Below, one piece after another: positions 25,811-35,537 of a stretch of 48,733 bases of DNA. Both the position numbers and the translations under genes were made by a program. Below the pieces are notes generated by a model. The model searched no databases, was not told the origin of the DNA, and saw only the letters and a list, made by a program, of their open reading frames with translations. The stretch lies in IMG/VR virus record IMGVR_UViG_3300003972_000407, positions 1-48,733 of that record. One strand, 5' to 3'. The first letter of the stretch is position 1. Each line of letters starts with the position of its first letter. This DNA comes from a virus (Duplodnaviria; Caudoviricetes).

Positions 25811-26545
25811 CTACTGACAGAGCGCGAGCGAGCGCTCGGTCTTGCCGCGCTGGTCGGAGTCGACGGTCGCGCCGGTTTGCGCGATCAGCCCTTCGAGCCC
25901 TGCGCGCGCATCGTCGAGCGTCTCCGTGTTGCAACTCAGCTCGTAGAGCGGACGGTCCGGGAATGGCCAGTACTCGACCGTGGCCTCGTCACAGCCCGAT
26001 GGTGGCGGCAGGTCCTTGTAGAGCGTGGCGGTGACGCCTGGGCACTCGACGAGCGCAAGCCGGTGAAACGGGCGTCGCGCGCCGATCGCGAGTAGCTCGC
26101 GCTGATCGGGCGTGAGGAGCGCGCGTACGGTTGCGCCGTCCGTCGAGAACGTCGTATCCGCGTGGTCGATCTTGATGTCGCCGCTGAGCTTGCCTTCGCC
26201 GGGCTCGCGGAGCTTGGCGTCGTACTCGAAGTCGACGTCATCCGGTCCGAGAGTCGTGCTCGACAAGACGTTGGCGCTCAGCTCGTGGAGGCCCCGCAGC
26301 TTGACGGTGATGTCCGTCTTCTTCGCCGTTCGACGAAGGCGAACGATCGCGATCGAATTGGGGGCAGCACCCTCGATGCGGTAGAAGATCGACGTTCGCT
26401 GATCGATCTTCGCGCCTTCGGTGAGCGCGTCGAGGATCGCGGGCGTCGCATCGGGGTCGAGATTCACCTTGACCTCGTACGGAGCGGTGAAGTCGGCGCA
26501 AGCAACGAGCAGCGGTACGAACAGGACGAGTAACAGTTTCTTCAT
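25811..26545 (-). CDS. lipoprotein with CYTH-like domain
   Basis: Lipobox LVAC; EVKV, IVRLRR, TVKLR, ELS, QRGKT motifs resemble CYTH-fold proteins. Confidence 0.55.
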   Translation of the reverse strand: MKKLLLVLFVPLLVACADFTAPYEVKVNLDPDATPAILDALTEGAKIDQRTSIFYRIEGAAPNSIAIVRLRRTAKKTDITVKLRGLHELSANVLSSTTLGPDDVDFEYDAKLREPGEGKLSGDIKIDHADTTFSTDGATVRALLTPDQRELLAIGARRPFHRLALVECPGVTATLYKDLPPPSGCDEATVEYWPFPDRPLYELSCNTETLDDARAGLEGLIAQTGATVDSDQRGKTERSLALCQ

Positions 26546-26559
26546 TTGACAGTCTCCCT

Positions 26560-26769
26560 TCAGCTTCCAGTCTTCGCGCGGCGAGTTTCGATCACCCGGC
26601 TGACAGCCACCACCATCGAATCATCGGCGCTGAGCCCCGCTACCGGGATGCCGTGTGGCGCGGTGACTTCTTCCATCTCCTCGATGAGCGATTCGGCCTT
26701 CCTGCGTAGGCGTTGATGCGCGGCCTGCGCACTGAGCCCTGCCGCCTGCACTCGACTTTCGGGAGTCAT
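26560..26769 (-). CDS. hypothetical protein
   Basis: MTPESRVQAAG..., co-oriented. Confidence 0.5.
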   Translation of the reverse strand: MTPESRVQAAGLSAQAAHQRLRRKAESLIEEMEEVTAPHGIPVAGLSADDSMVVAVSRVIETRRAKTGS

Positions 26770-26814
26770 CTTGATTAGCCCGATCTTATCGAGTGCGAGG
26801 TGCACAATCAAAGC

Positions 26815-27252
26815 CTAGTATCGTCCGCGACTCGGACCGACGAAGCGCTCGTAGAACTTCTGGAGCACATTTATCAAAGCATCCGAGGCTTTATTCGCGT
26901 CGGCCGAGACGCGCTCCATGATCCCGGCGAACTCGGCGCGCACGCGATCCTCGTGCTCGCGGCTCTCGCGGCGCTCGTTGCGCGCAAGCTGTGCGTACTG
27001 ATCCACCACCTCGCGGTGCTTGCGCTCGTACTCGGCGCGCAAGTCTGCCTCTTTCTGCGCCAGCTCTTGGCGGAGCCGCTGCTCGCGGGCAGCCCACTCG
27101 GCACGCTCGGCCTCGCGAGCCTTCGCTTCCTCCGCGCGCAGCTTGGACTCCTCGCGCAGCGAACGCCACAAGTGCACGATCGCGTACGCGAACGCAAGCG
27201 CGACGACACCGAGGACGCCGTACTGCCATGCCTTGGGGGCGAGTTCCTGCAC
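26815..27252 (-). CDS. N-terminal TM plus coiled-coil protein (holin-like)
   Basis: QYGVLGVVALAFAYAIVHLW followed by a long E/R-rich coil. Confidence 0.65.
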   Translation of the reverse strand: MQELAPKAWQYGVLGVVALAFAYAIVHLWRSLREESKLRAEEAKAREAERAEWAAREQRLRQELAQKEADLRAEYERKHREVVDQYAQLARNERRESREHEDRVRAEFAGIMERVSADANKASDALINVLQKFYERFVGPSRGRY

Positions 27253-27300
27253 CCCTGTAATTCTACACAGCCGGTCCGATGATCCCGAGTAAAGAGAGCA

Positions 27301-27546
27301 CTAGCCGCCTAGCTGAACGGACGCCTGTGCAGCTATCCGACAGTTCGCGCACGGCTTGCGGACCTGCCCGGGCGCGAGGACGTAGCTCGCGTTGGGGTGC
27401 TCGAACACGGCTTGCGGCACCTGGAGTACACCGGCTGCCGCATCATGCTGTACCCCGCAGTACGCTTGCGCGCCCGCATGGAGCCGAACGCGGCCGGTCC
27501 ACTTGATGATGTGGAGCTGCTTTCCGTCCTCGAATGCTGCGGTCAT
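27301..27546 (-). CDS. small Zn-binding-like protein
   Basis: H..YCG...CANC; ATGA overlap. Confidence 0.55.
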   Translation of the reverse strand: MTAAFEDGKQLHIIKWTGRVRLHAGAQAYCGVQHDAAAGVLQVPQAVFEHPNASYVLAPGQVRKPCANCRIAAQASVQLGG

Positions 27547-27926
27547 CTATTGGCCTCCGATGCCATCAAGAGAATCCAGCGGATCTGGTTATTCGCCAGC
27601 GAGCCCTCGCATTTGAAGCTCCCTGGTCCGCGTACCGCGATCACCGTCGTCGGCGTTGCCTGGACGCCGAACTGATCGGCAAGCGCTTGCACGTTCGCGT
27701 CCGGCGACGCGGCGTCGTACACGAACACCGGAATCACGCCCGCGGGCGGTGACACCTCGGGGTTGATCCAGAATCTCGTGTGCTGCCCTTCGCGCTGGAA
27801 CTGCTCGTTGAGCATCTGCGCCTCCGCGGTGAACCGCGGCAAGTAGTGCTCGCACGCGGGGCAGCCATCCATCGCGAACACGTACACGACGACTTTGCAG
27901 GCGCTCAGATCGACTTGCTGACTCAT
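27543..27926 (-). CDS. thioredoxin-fold protein
   Basis: VYVFAMDGCPACEHY (CxxC) and FGVQATPT (cis-Pro motif). Confidence 0.8.
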   Translation of the reverse strand: MSQQVDLSACKVVVYVFAMDGCPACEHYLPRFTAEAQMLNEQFQREGQHTRFWINPEVSPPAGVIPVFVYDAASPDANVQALADQFGVQATPTTVIAVRGPGSFKCEGSLANNQIRWILLMASEANR

Positions 27927-28041
27927 GCGGCGGTCCTCCGACGATAGCGCCTCGCGCGCATCGCCATCGAGCCGCAACGAATGCAGGACCGCAGGTCGCC
28001 CATGGCCCTGTCCTAGCAGAGCCGTCCGACAGTGTGCGGGG

Positions 28042-28545
28042 TCAGGGCGCTGCGGGCGCGGGTGCGGGGGCGGCGCGGCGACGAGTGGCGAGGTACTTCG
28101 CCGCCGACGTGACGGCGATGAGCGCGGTGAGGCTTGCGGCGATCGCGCTCGTGTACATCCACCCATCCCACTTGATCTTGAAGCGAGGGTCTTTCTTGGT
28201 GATGCCGACGCTCGCGGGCGGAAGCCCGAGACGATCACCGTAGACGGCGAGCGCTTGGGTGATCGGAACGATCCGCGCTGACACGTAGCCGACGGGATCG
28301 TTCTGCATCGCCGCGGTCAGCTCGGTGAGCTGATCGGTAGCATACGGATCGCTCACCGCTGCGGCGATCGCGATCGTCTGCATGAGGAGCAACGCAGCCG
28401 ACGCGAGATCGCGCGTGAGCGCGCCCGGTGCCGGGGCGTAGAGCGCCGTCTTGTTGATGCGGTTGACCTGCGCCGCGAGCGCCTGTACCGGGTCACCCTC
28501 GATCGCGACGCCGCCGCCAGTCGTGAAAGGGTTGGTCGTCGCCAT
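28042..28545 (-). CDS. putative virion membrane protein
   Basis: GGAGG SD; C-terminal TM plus RRR. Confidence 0.65.
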   Translation of the reverse strand: MATTNPFTTGGGVAIEGDPVQALAAQVNRINKTALYAPAPGALTRDLASAALLLMQTIAIAAAVSDPYATDQLTELTAAMQNDPVGYVSARIVPITQALAVYGDRLGLPPASVGITKKDPRFKIKWDGWMYTSAIAASLTALIAVTSAAKYLATRRRAAPAPAPAAP

Positions 28546-28548
28546 CGT

Positions 28549-29412
28549 CTACCTCCATCGACGGCCCGAGACCGCGCCACCGCCGCCGCCACCACCGCTG
28601 CTTCTGCTGCTGCTGCTGCTGCCCGCGGGCAGCGCCCTGCGCGCGGGGAACAGTCGACGCACACCGCCGCGCGCACGCTCGGCGGCGCGACGCGCGCGCT
28701 GGATCCAGCGCTCCCGCACCCGATCCCAATTGATCGGCTTGCGCGCCTCGTCAGCAACGAACTGGAGTTTGTTCCAGAGGAACACACCCGCGAACACGGC
28801 ACCGAGCGCGAGACTGCCCCACTTCACGAACGGCCAGAGATCGAACACGTCTTCGACGGCATCAACAATCGCCTGGCCCGCCTTCACGACGACGCCGACG
28901 GTCTTCTTTGCGATGTCGACGACCTTGTTGAAGTAGTACATGAAAGTGGAAAGCGCCCCGTACCACCACGGCGCTGTGCACACCGAGATCTCGGACACGC
29001 GCGCCAGTTTATGCGCACGGTTGAGCAGCTCGATGACCCATCGCTTGAGTCCCGGCGCGTTGACGGGGGCGTTCACCTCTTTGGCGGCGCGCCATGCCGG
29101 CACGTAGTTCTCGGACGCCTGCCGCGCAACCTCCATGTACTCGTCGACCGCTTTGCGCAAGATGTCGTTGGGGTTTTGCTCGAAGGCGGTGTACGCCATC
29201 GTGCTCGCCTTGCTCGACATCTCGACCGCGGCCGCCACGAGATCGGCCATCTCTTGCCACGTGTAATAGCCGGTCGGATGCCAGGTCTGCTCCAGCTCCT
29301 CCGCCTTCGCCTTCATGGCGTTCGTGGTGCTGCTCGCCGGGCACGCATCGGTGAACGCTCGTGGGAACCCGTACTCCCCGCGTTCTAGGAGCTGCTCGAA
29401 CCAACTGGCCAT
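28549..29412 (-). CDS. putative virion membrane protein
   Basis: Helical, TM near C-terminus, Ser/Gly tail. Confidence 0.7.
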   Translation of the reverse strand: MASWFEQLLERGEYGFPRAFTDACPASSTTNAMKAKAEELEQTWHPTGYYTWQEMADLVAAAVEMSSKASTMAYTAFEQNPNDILRKAVDEYMEVARQASENYVPAWRAAKEVNAPVNAPGLKRWVIELLNRAHKLARVSEISVCTAPWWYGALSTFMYYFNKVVDIAKKTVGVVVKAGQAIVDAVEDVFDLWPFVKWGSLALGAVFAGVFLWNKLQFVADEARKPINWDRVRERWIQRARRAAERARGGVRRLFPARRALPAGSSSSSRSSGGGGGGGAVSGRRWR

Positions 29413-29431
29413 GCCCCGACTGTATCACCGC

Positions 29432-30279
29432 TCAAGGGAGCCATGTGGTGCTCTCTTTGAAGCGGATGAAGTCGTAGCCGACGAGCATCGTGCCCGGCGC
29501 GCTCACCGAGGAATTCAGAACTGCGAGTGACGCCAACGAGATGTCCGCGGTGTACGTCGCCGAGCCGAGCCAGAGCGCCGAGCCGTGGTTCCGATCTTCT
29601 GGATGCCCGCAGCCTCGATCGGTTGCAGCCACGTGAAGCCGCCCGAGGACTGGTTGCGCGTGACGCCGATGGTCGTCGTCGTCGAGCCGCCCACGGTGAT
29701 GAAGAACTCCGCCCGCACGGTGCCCGGATCGGGCGCGTTGAGCTGCATCGACACGCGATCGCCTCCCGTCCACGGGCTCGCGGTGAGATCGAGCGAGATG
29801 AGACCGTCGTTGTTGCCGATCCCGTCCCAGCGCTCGTTGAACGAGCCGCGAAACCAGACGAAGAAGTCACCCGCCGAGATCGACGAGATGTCCTTCGAGA
29901 AGCGCGTACCAGCCGACGTCGATGCCTGAAGCATGAGCCACGACGGGCGGTAGTTCGTGTGTAGCGCATACGAGGGCGTCGAGCCGTACGGGTTGATCGC
30001 ATTCTCCGTGAGCACCGTACCGCTCATCGTCCAAGTAGGGTCGAGCGTCGTCGACTCGAATTCGTCGTCGAGAGGATGGGGAACGAGCGGGCGATCGAAG
30101 ATGTTGCACTCGACGCCCGAGACCTGCCGCGGATAGTCCGGTGAGCGCGCAAAGAGCTGCGCGACACCGCCGACGTCCTTGGCGTACCCAACGACGCGCT
30201 CCGACTCCGCACTCGGATCCGCGAGGCTCTTGAAGAGTCGCGTGAGGTCTTGTCCCGCCCGTCGGAAAAAGCTCGTCAT
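29432..30279 (-). pseudogene. spike/receptor-binding paralog 3, frameshifted by a small deletion at about 29585
   Basis: MTSFFRRAG..LDDEFESTTLDP..; at IQKIGTT the frame jumps to GSALWLG..YDFIRFKE. About 9 codons missing versus paralogs. Confidence 0.75.
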
Positions 30280-31166
30280 GGCAGCCACAAGCTCCCGTCG
30301 CGGTAGCGAAAGAAATCGATCCCCATGATGCGGTTCCCCGGCTTCGTGTCCTCGGCGGTGACGAAGCCGATCCGAATCGTCCCCGGGACAATGGAAAGCG
30401 TCGTCGCGCCGAGCCAGATCGAGTTCCCGCTGGCGCCAAACGCCCACGCGTCCCAGCTCGATCCTCGCCTCGTGATCCCGATTGCCTCGATCGGCTGGAG
30501 TCCGTTCTGCGCCGAGAACTCGTTCGCTGTAGTCCCGATCTGCGTGTACGAACCCGACATCATGCGGTAGAAGCGGGCGGCGTTCACGCTCGGGGCAGGT
30601 GCGCCAAGGCGCACGTGCACGAAGTTCCCCGAATCCCAAGGGCTCGCGGAGATGCCGAACGTGATGACCGCAGATTCTTGCTCGGCGGCGTCAGCAGGAA
30701 AGTTCAAGCTCGCGCGAATCCAAACGAAGAAATCGCCGGTCGGCGCGATCGTCTTTTCCAGCGTGTAATCGAATCCGACGTCAGGCGGCTGAACGACAAG
30801 CCACGACGGTCGACGCTGCGTGTGCAGCTCGTAGCGCAGATCCCCCGTCGAGAAACTCGCATAGGGGTTGATGTTTCCTTGCGACCAATTCGACCCGACG
30901 ATAGGAGACAGCGTTGTCCACGAGGGATCGAGTACCGTCGATTCAAACTCGTCGTCGTAGGCGCTCGGATTGAGCGGCTTGTTCCAGAGGTTGCACTCAT
31001 TGCCCGAAATCTGGCGTGGGAAGTCCGGCGATCGGACAAAGAACTGTGGCGTTCTGCCAACGGGCTTCGAGTAGAGCAGCGCGCGCCCGATCTCGGCCGC
31101 GGGATCGAGTGCGTCTGCGATTGTTTGCAAGAGGCGGGCGCCTGCACGCCGCGCGATGCTCGTCAC
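30276..31166 (-). CDS. spike/receptor-binding paralog 2 (beta-rich, lectin-like candidate)
   Basis: GTGA overlap; RRAGA..LDPAA..LYSK..RSPDFPRQISG.EC..DDEFESTVLDPSW..IDFFRY. Confidence 0.75.
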   Translation of the reverse strand: MTSIARRAGARLLQTIADALDPAAEIGRALLYSKPVGRTPQFFVRSPDFPRQISGNECNLWNKPLNPSAYDDEFESTVLDPSWTTLSPIVGSNWSQGNINPYASFSTGDLRYELHTQRRPSWLVVQPPDVGFDYTLEKTIAPTGDFFVWIRASLNFPADAAEQESAVITFGISASPWDSGNFVHVRLGAPAPSVNAARFYRMMSGSYTQIGTTANEFSAQNGLQPIEAIGITRRGSSWDAWAFGASGNSIWLGATTLSIVPGTIRIGFVTAEDTKPGNRIMGIDFFRYRDGSLWLP

Positions 31167-32029
31167 GGCAGAACCACCCCTTCCTTGAAACGCACGAAGT
31201 CGCAGCCATGAATCAGGTAGGCCGGTGCGCCGTTCGAGACGTTTCCAAAGCGAAGGTGCACGGTGTTCGCCGTCATCGAGGTGGATATCTGCCCGAGCCA
31301 GAGGGCCGTACCAGCACCCGTAAACGCCCACGCGTCGTACGTGTTGGAGCGTTTTTGAATGCCCACTGCCTCGATCGCAGGCATCCCGCTGTTCACGTTG
31401 ACCGTACTACGCGTGCGACCCGCCGCTACCGTCGCGCCGGCAGTGACCATGAGAAACTCGGCCTGGTAGGTCCCGGCGTCGCTTTCGTTGAAGTAGAGCG
31501 AGATCCGATTGTTCAAGTCGTAGGTCGGTGCACCGATGTCGAGTTGGACGGTCGCTTCGTTGTTCGCGGGCGACGTGTAGCGCATCCCCAGCGAGAACCG
31601 CGCGTACACAAAGTAGTTACCGTTCGAGATCGACGAGATGTTCTTGGAAAAGATGATACTCGCCGTTGGTTGGACCATGAGCCACGACGGGCGGCGCTGC
31701 GTGTGAAGCTCGTAAGGCTGATCGCTAGCAGGATTCGTGAACGGATCGATGCCGCCCTGTACCGCGGGACCGCTGATCGTCCAAGCAGGATCGAGCGTCG
31801 TCGATTCGAATTCGTCGTCAAGAGGATGAGGAACGAGCGGTTTATCCCAGATGGAGCACTCGATGCCACTCACCTGGCGCGCAAAGTCCGGCGACCGGAC
31901 AAAGAGCTGTGGCGTGCCTCCAACAGACTTCGCGTAGAGTTGGATCTCGTCGTTGGCTGCGGCAGGATCGAGCGCCCGCGCGAGCGAGCGGAGGATGTGG
32001 GCGCCGGCTCTACGGATGCTTGTCGCCAT
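31163..32029 (-). CDS. spike/receptor-binding paralog 1 (beta-rich, lectin-like candidate)
   Basis: RRAGA..LDPAA..LYAK..RSPDFARQVSGIEC..LDDEFESTTLDPAW..CDFVRFKE. Confidence 0.75.
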   Translation of the reverse strand: MATSIRRAGAHILRSLARALDPAAANDEIQLYAKSVGGTPQLFVRSPDFARQVSGIECSIWDKPLVPHPLDDEFESTTLDPAWTISGPAVQGGIDPFTNPASDQPYELHTQRRPSWLMVQPTASIIFSKNISSISNGNYFVYARFSLGMRYTSPANNEATVQLDIGAPTYDLNNRISLYFNESDAGTYQAEFLMVTAGATVAAGRTRSTVNVNSGMPAIEAVGIQKRSNTYDAWAFTGAGTALWLGQISTSMTANTVHLRFGNVSNGAPAYLIHGCDFVRFKEGVVLP

Positions 32030-32032
32030 GCG

Positions 32033-32200
32033 TTACCCAACCGCATACCGTCGTCGAGGACACAACGCAAGCGCGCGATGGTGGCGGTGCCTGCGCCCTT
32101 CGCGTAGAGCCGAAACTCCCTCCACGCTCGCAGCCGGATCGAGCGCGCTTTTGAGGATCCGAGCAACCTGGGCGCCCGCCCTGCGGAAGAACGACGGCAT
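32033..32200 (-). pseudogene. short N-terminal module of the same paralog family (frameshifted)
   Basis: MPSFFRRAGAQVARILKSALDPAASVEGV, then a 1-nt shift to RLYAKGAG. Confidence 0.55.
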
Positions 32201-32201
32201 C

Positions 32202-32645
32202 TCACGAAGCGTCCTGGACAAGCACCCACGCCTCGACTGAGGTGGTGTTCGGCGCGAAGTCGTCATCGGTGGTGATCACGACGCCGATCTCGTCACCCTG
32301 CGTGTAGGGGATCGCGTCGCTCGGAAAGAGGACGATGCCTCCGCTGGAGTTCGAGACCGAGTCGCACGTGATCGCGAGCGCCGAGGCCGCCCCGTTGATC
32401 GTCACGGCGATCACCGCCTCACCGGCCGAGATCGGCTCGGTGAAGCGAACAACAAACCCGCGTAGCGAGCCGTTGCTCACCGCGATGATCGTGTCGAAAT
32501 TCGTCGAGACCTGGGCTGACAGCGGCGCCCCAGCTTGTGACGCCGCGACGTTGTTCTGACACCACTGCTCGGGCAGCGCGTAGGCTCCGCTGCCACCGGG
32601 TGGCGGTGGCGGGGGATCGTAGTTGTCCGCATCGCAGCAACCCAT
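32202..32645 (-). CDS. putative virion protein (beta-rich)
   Basis: MGCCD, poly-Pro, beta-strand pattern. Confidence 0.65.
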   Translation of the reverse strand: MGCCDADNYDPPPPPPGGSGAYALPEQWCQNNVAASQAGAPLSAQVSTNFDTIIAVSNGSLRGFVVRFTEPISAGEAVIAVTINGAASALAITCDSVSNSSGGIVLFPSDAIPYTQGDEIGVVITTDDDFAPNTTSVEAWVLVQDAS

Positions 32646-32654
32646 GTGCGGCTC

Positions 32655-33617
32655 CTAGTCGTAGGCCGTGATCGTGGCCCACGTGTCTCGATCCCGCGGC
32701 ACGTTCTGCGATTGATACGTCGCGTAGAGGAGCACGTAGTCGGCACAGGGATCGCACAACGTGAACTTGTGCGACTGCATCGGTGCCGTTGATGTCTTCA
32801 GGCCCTCGGTGGTTTCTTGCATACGCATGTCCGGGTTGGTGTTGCGCAAGCAAGCGACCCGAAACGCGACGCCAGGGTCGGTCGATGCGGCCTGGATGAC
32901 CACGCGACGACGTCCGAAGATCGGCCACGCCTTGAAGAGAAACTCGATGCCGGGATCGAAGTCCTGTCCCCAGACTTCCCAACGCGAAAAGTTCTGGTAC
33001 GGCGCACGCCGCGTCGGCGTCGGGATGTTCTTGTAGTGGAACACGAGGTGCAAGATCGGCATGTCGAAGCCGGTCACGAGGCCCGTGCCGTCTTCGATCG
33101 GAGCCTCCGTCCCGTCGGCCTTCAGGTAGGTCTCGGGGATCGCCGTGCTCGTGATGCCGTCCGGTGGGCCCGCGATAGTCTGCGGAACTGGCAGCGTGTA
33201 GATGGGCCAGTCCGCGAAGAACCAGAGGAGCCCTTGATGGACCGCGTAGTCCGGCAAGAAGTTGAAACCGGGCGCAGGAACGTCCGTCGGCGCCAGCTTG
33301 CCGCGCTTCGTCGGCTGTGCGGTGAGTAGCGGCGAATCGACCGACAGAACGCGCATCGTGTCGCGCGCAATGCCGCTTTCAAGCGGTACGTTCCACGACA
33401 CGAACACGCGATCCACCGTGCTGCGTGCGCCGATGGTGACCGCGAGCGGAGAATGGGGAATCGAGGCTGCTCGAATCGGCGTGCCGTCGAACCGGTAGAG
33501 AATCGGGTAGCCGTCCCCGCGAAGGGTCCCCCAATTGTGGATGAGGACCTCGAAAACGTCCTGACCGATCGACAGTGGAACGCTCGGATCGAGGTGGTAG
33601 TGCAGCTCGGCCGGCAT
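32655..33617 (-). CDS. putative virion protein (vertex/penton candidate)
   Basis: 320 aa beta-rich, between capsid candidates and spike array. Confidence 0.6.
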   Translation of the reverse strand: MPAELHYHLDPSVPLSIGQDVFEVLIHNWGTLRGDGYPILYRFDGTPIRAASIPHSPLAVTIGARSTVDRVFVSWNVPLESGIARDTMRVLSVDSPLLTAQPTKRGKLAPTDVPAPGFNFLPDYAVHQGLLWFFADWPIYTLPVPQTIAGPPDGITSTAIPETYLKADGTEAPIEDGTGLVTGFDMPILHLVFHYKNIPTPTRRAPYQNFSRWEVWGQDFDPGIEFLFKAWPIFGRRRVVIQAASTDPGVAFRVACLRNTNPDMRMQETTEGLKTSTAPMQSHKFTLCDPCADYVLLYATYQSQNVPRDRDTWATITAYD

Positions 33618-33620
33618 GTC

Positions 33621-33956
33621 TTAGCTCTCCGCCCAGGCTAGAGGTAACGCCTCCGACACCGCGATCGACACGATGCCGCCCGCACCGACGGCACCGGCAA
33701 GGAGCGACTGCCGCGCCATGAGCACGAACGTCTCCGACGTGTTGGGTGGGAGCTGGAACGTGCCAGTGGTGTTGTTGGCGGGCGACTCCAGCGGCATCGT
33801 CTCGTGCGCGAGCAGAACGTTCGTGCCGCCGACGTTGCGCACGACCACGCGCAGCGGAACGGCGGCCGCCTGGTAGAGCAACGCAGGCGGCCGGCCGGTC
33901 GGCGGCACGACGATCGTGTTGAGCTTACTCTCGGCAGGCTTGTGGGGTTGCGCCAC
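33621..33956 (-). CDS. small beta-sandwich virion protein
   Basis: GGAGG SD; VVVRNVGGTNVLL..FQLPPNTSETF. Confidence 0.65.
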   Translation of the reverse strand: MAQPHKPAESKLNTIVVPPTGRPPALLYQAAAVPLRVVVRNVGGTNVLLAHETMPLESPANNTTGTFQLPPNTSETFVLMARQSLLAGAVGAGGIVSIAVSEALPLAWAES

Positions 33957-33968
33957 GACGCCCTCCGC

Positions 33969-34472
33969 TTAGCGCGACTCGCTGGGAGCCGCGACGACGA
34001 GGAGGAAACCCTGCAAGGTGATCGCGACGCGAAGCGAGTCCACGTTCTCTTCGGCGAGATTCGCGAACGAGAGCGCGTCGAGCACGATCTGGAAGCTCTC
34101 GGCGCGTACGATCGTGTACGGCTCGGCCCACTCCCACGTGGTCTCCGCGGAGCCCTTGACGAGCGTGGACAGCATCGTCGGGGCCTTCGTGATCACCTCC
34201 TGCTTGCCGAGGTCGGTGATGCGCGCGCGGACGAACGAGAGCAGCTCGACCTGATCGATCCCGAGGGGGATCGGATTCCCCAAGTTGTCGAGCGCCTGAA
34301 TCACCGGCTTGATCCGATGGATCTCGAACGGCTTGTCGACGTTGTGCGTGTACGTGGCATCGGGGTACTGCTGGCCGACCTGCCCACTCGTCAGGATCAG
34401 CTCACCCGGCATCGCATACGGGATGCGGAAGGTGATCTTACGGCCAGCCCAATAATCGGGAAGACGACCCAT
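33969..34472 (-). CDS. candidate small single-jelly-roll capsid protein
   Basis: 167 aa, strong SD AGGAG, alternating beta pattern, ends VAITLQGFL like the larger candidate (VEFHGLL). Fold is inferred. Confidence 0.5.
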   Translation of the reverse strand: MGRLPDYWAGRKITFRIPYAMPGELILTSGQVGQQYPDATYTHNVDKPFEIHRIKPVIQALDNLGNPIPLGIDQVELLSFVRARITDLGKQEVITKAPTMLSTLVKGSAETTWEWAEPYTIVRAESFQIVLDALSFANLAEENVDSLRVAITLQGFLLVVAAPSESR

Positions 34473-34632
34473 TCTTTTCTCCTCGCGCCGCCGTTTCATT
34501 CTTGGCGGTCGCTTAGAGCTTCACGATCCGCTGAGCCCTAGCAGTGGGCAAATAATGAGGCAAGCCGCAAGGCCGCACCGAGTCGACGATCTGGAGGCGC
34601 GAAGTGGCAGACCCCTACGCTACAACCGAGCC

Positions 34633-34962
34633 ATGACATTCACCCGTCCGAAGCTCGGGGCTAAGGTCTACCTCTCACGCGGACCTTCCGGGCACTCGGA
34701 GACGTTCGAGCGGGCGGCCAGTGATCGCGAACTAGAAGCGTTCCTCGGCGGCGCGGCGAAAGTCCATATCGCCGTCGAGGGGTTCTTGCGCAAGATCACC
34801 GCCGAGCGTCGTCCCGAGGACTGGAAGGACATCATCGCGTACATCGCCGAGCGCGCCCACCTCGCCGATCCCGATCACGTCCCCTGTCACATTGCGATCG
34901 CATTCTGGGCGCACGTCGACGAAGCGCGCCGCTCGAAGATCACCCCAGCCCTAGGTAACTGA
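34633..34962 (+). CDS. hypothetical protein (inserted opposite-strand cassette)
   Basis: MTFTRPKLG..., TGATG overlap with next ORF. Confidence 0.6.
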   Translation: MTFTRPKLGAKVYLSRGPSGHSETFERAASDRELEAFLGGAAKVHIAVEGFLRKITAERRPEDWKDIIAYIAERAHLADPDHVPCHIAIAFWAHVDEARRSKITPALGN

Positions 34963-35267
34963 TGCCCATCTCCCTCATCCCCGAGAACGCTTCTCCCGAG
35001 AACACCAGCTCTGTCAAGGCGGCCATCACCGAGGAGCAAGCGCGCGCCTACCTCGCGACCGTGAGCACGCCCAAGCTCGACGAGCTTCGCGCGAAGCTGC
35101 CGGCTCTCCGAACCTCGGAACTGCTCGGACTGCACGCGCGCCCCGAGGCGCTCGTGGTTCTGCTCGAACTACATGACCTGTCCGTGCAGGCGCACCAAGA
35201 GGTTTTCATGGCCGCATCACTCGCACTCGCCGACGAGATCGACCGTCGAATCCCTATCCCGAAATGA
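34962..35267 (+). CDS. hypothetical protein
   Basis: Overlapping start/stop on both sides. Confidence 0.6.
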   Translation: MPISLIPENASPENTSSVKAAITEEQARAYLATVSTPKLDELRAKLPALRTSELLGLHARPEALVVLLELHDLSVQAHQEVFMAASLALADEIDRRIPIPK

Positions 35268-35500
35268 GCCACGACGTCGAGGAACGCCTCCGACAAGTCG
35301 ATCCCGAGTACGGCTCTCAGCGGCACCAACGCGCGTTCATCGAGCGGATGCGCGAGGTGCAGCGGCGTGCCCCGTGCTCGAAGGATCACGAGCACAGCTC
35401 CTCGTGCTACCCCGCAGCGGTGATGCGTGCGGTGTGCGACGAGCAGGAGCGCCGAGAACGCGCCGAAAACGGCGCGAGCCGCCCGAAGGCGGCTCGCTGA
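35264..35500 (+). CDS. hypothetical protein
   Basis: ATGA overlap; CxxxHxHxxxC motif. Confidence 0.55.
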   Translation: MSHDVEERLRQVDPEYGSQRHQRAFIERMREVQRRAPCSKDHEHSSSCYPAAVMRAVCDEQERRERAENGASRPKAAR

Positions 35501-35537
35501 TGGACGCGCAACACGCGCCCCGAGGCGCGGTCGTTGG

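Noticed and set aside
29432-32200. Diversity-generating retroelement acting on the spike paralogs
   Set aside because: No reverse transcriptase in the window, and the differences are not adenine-specific.
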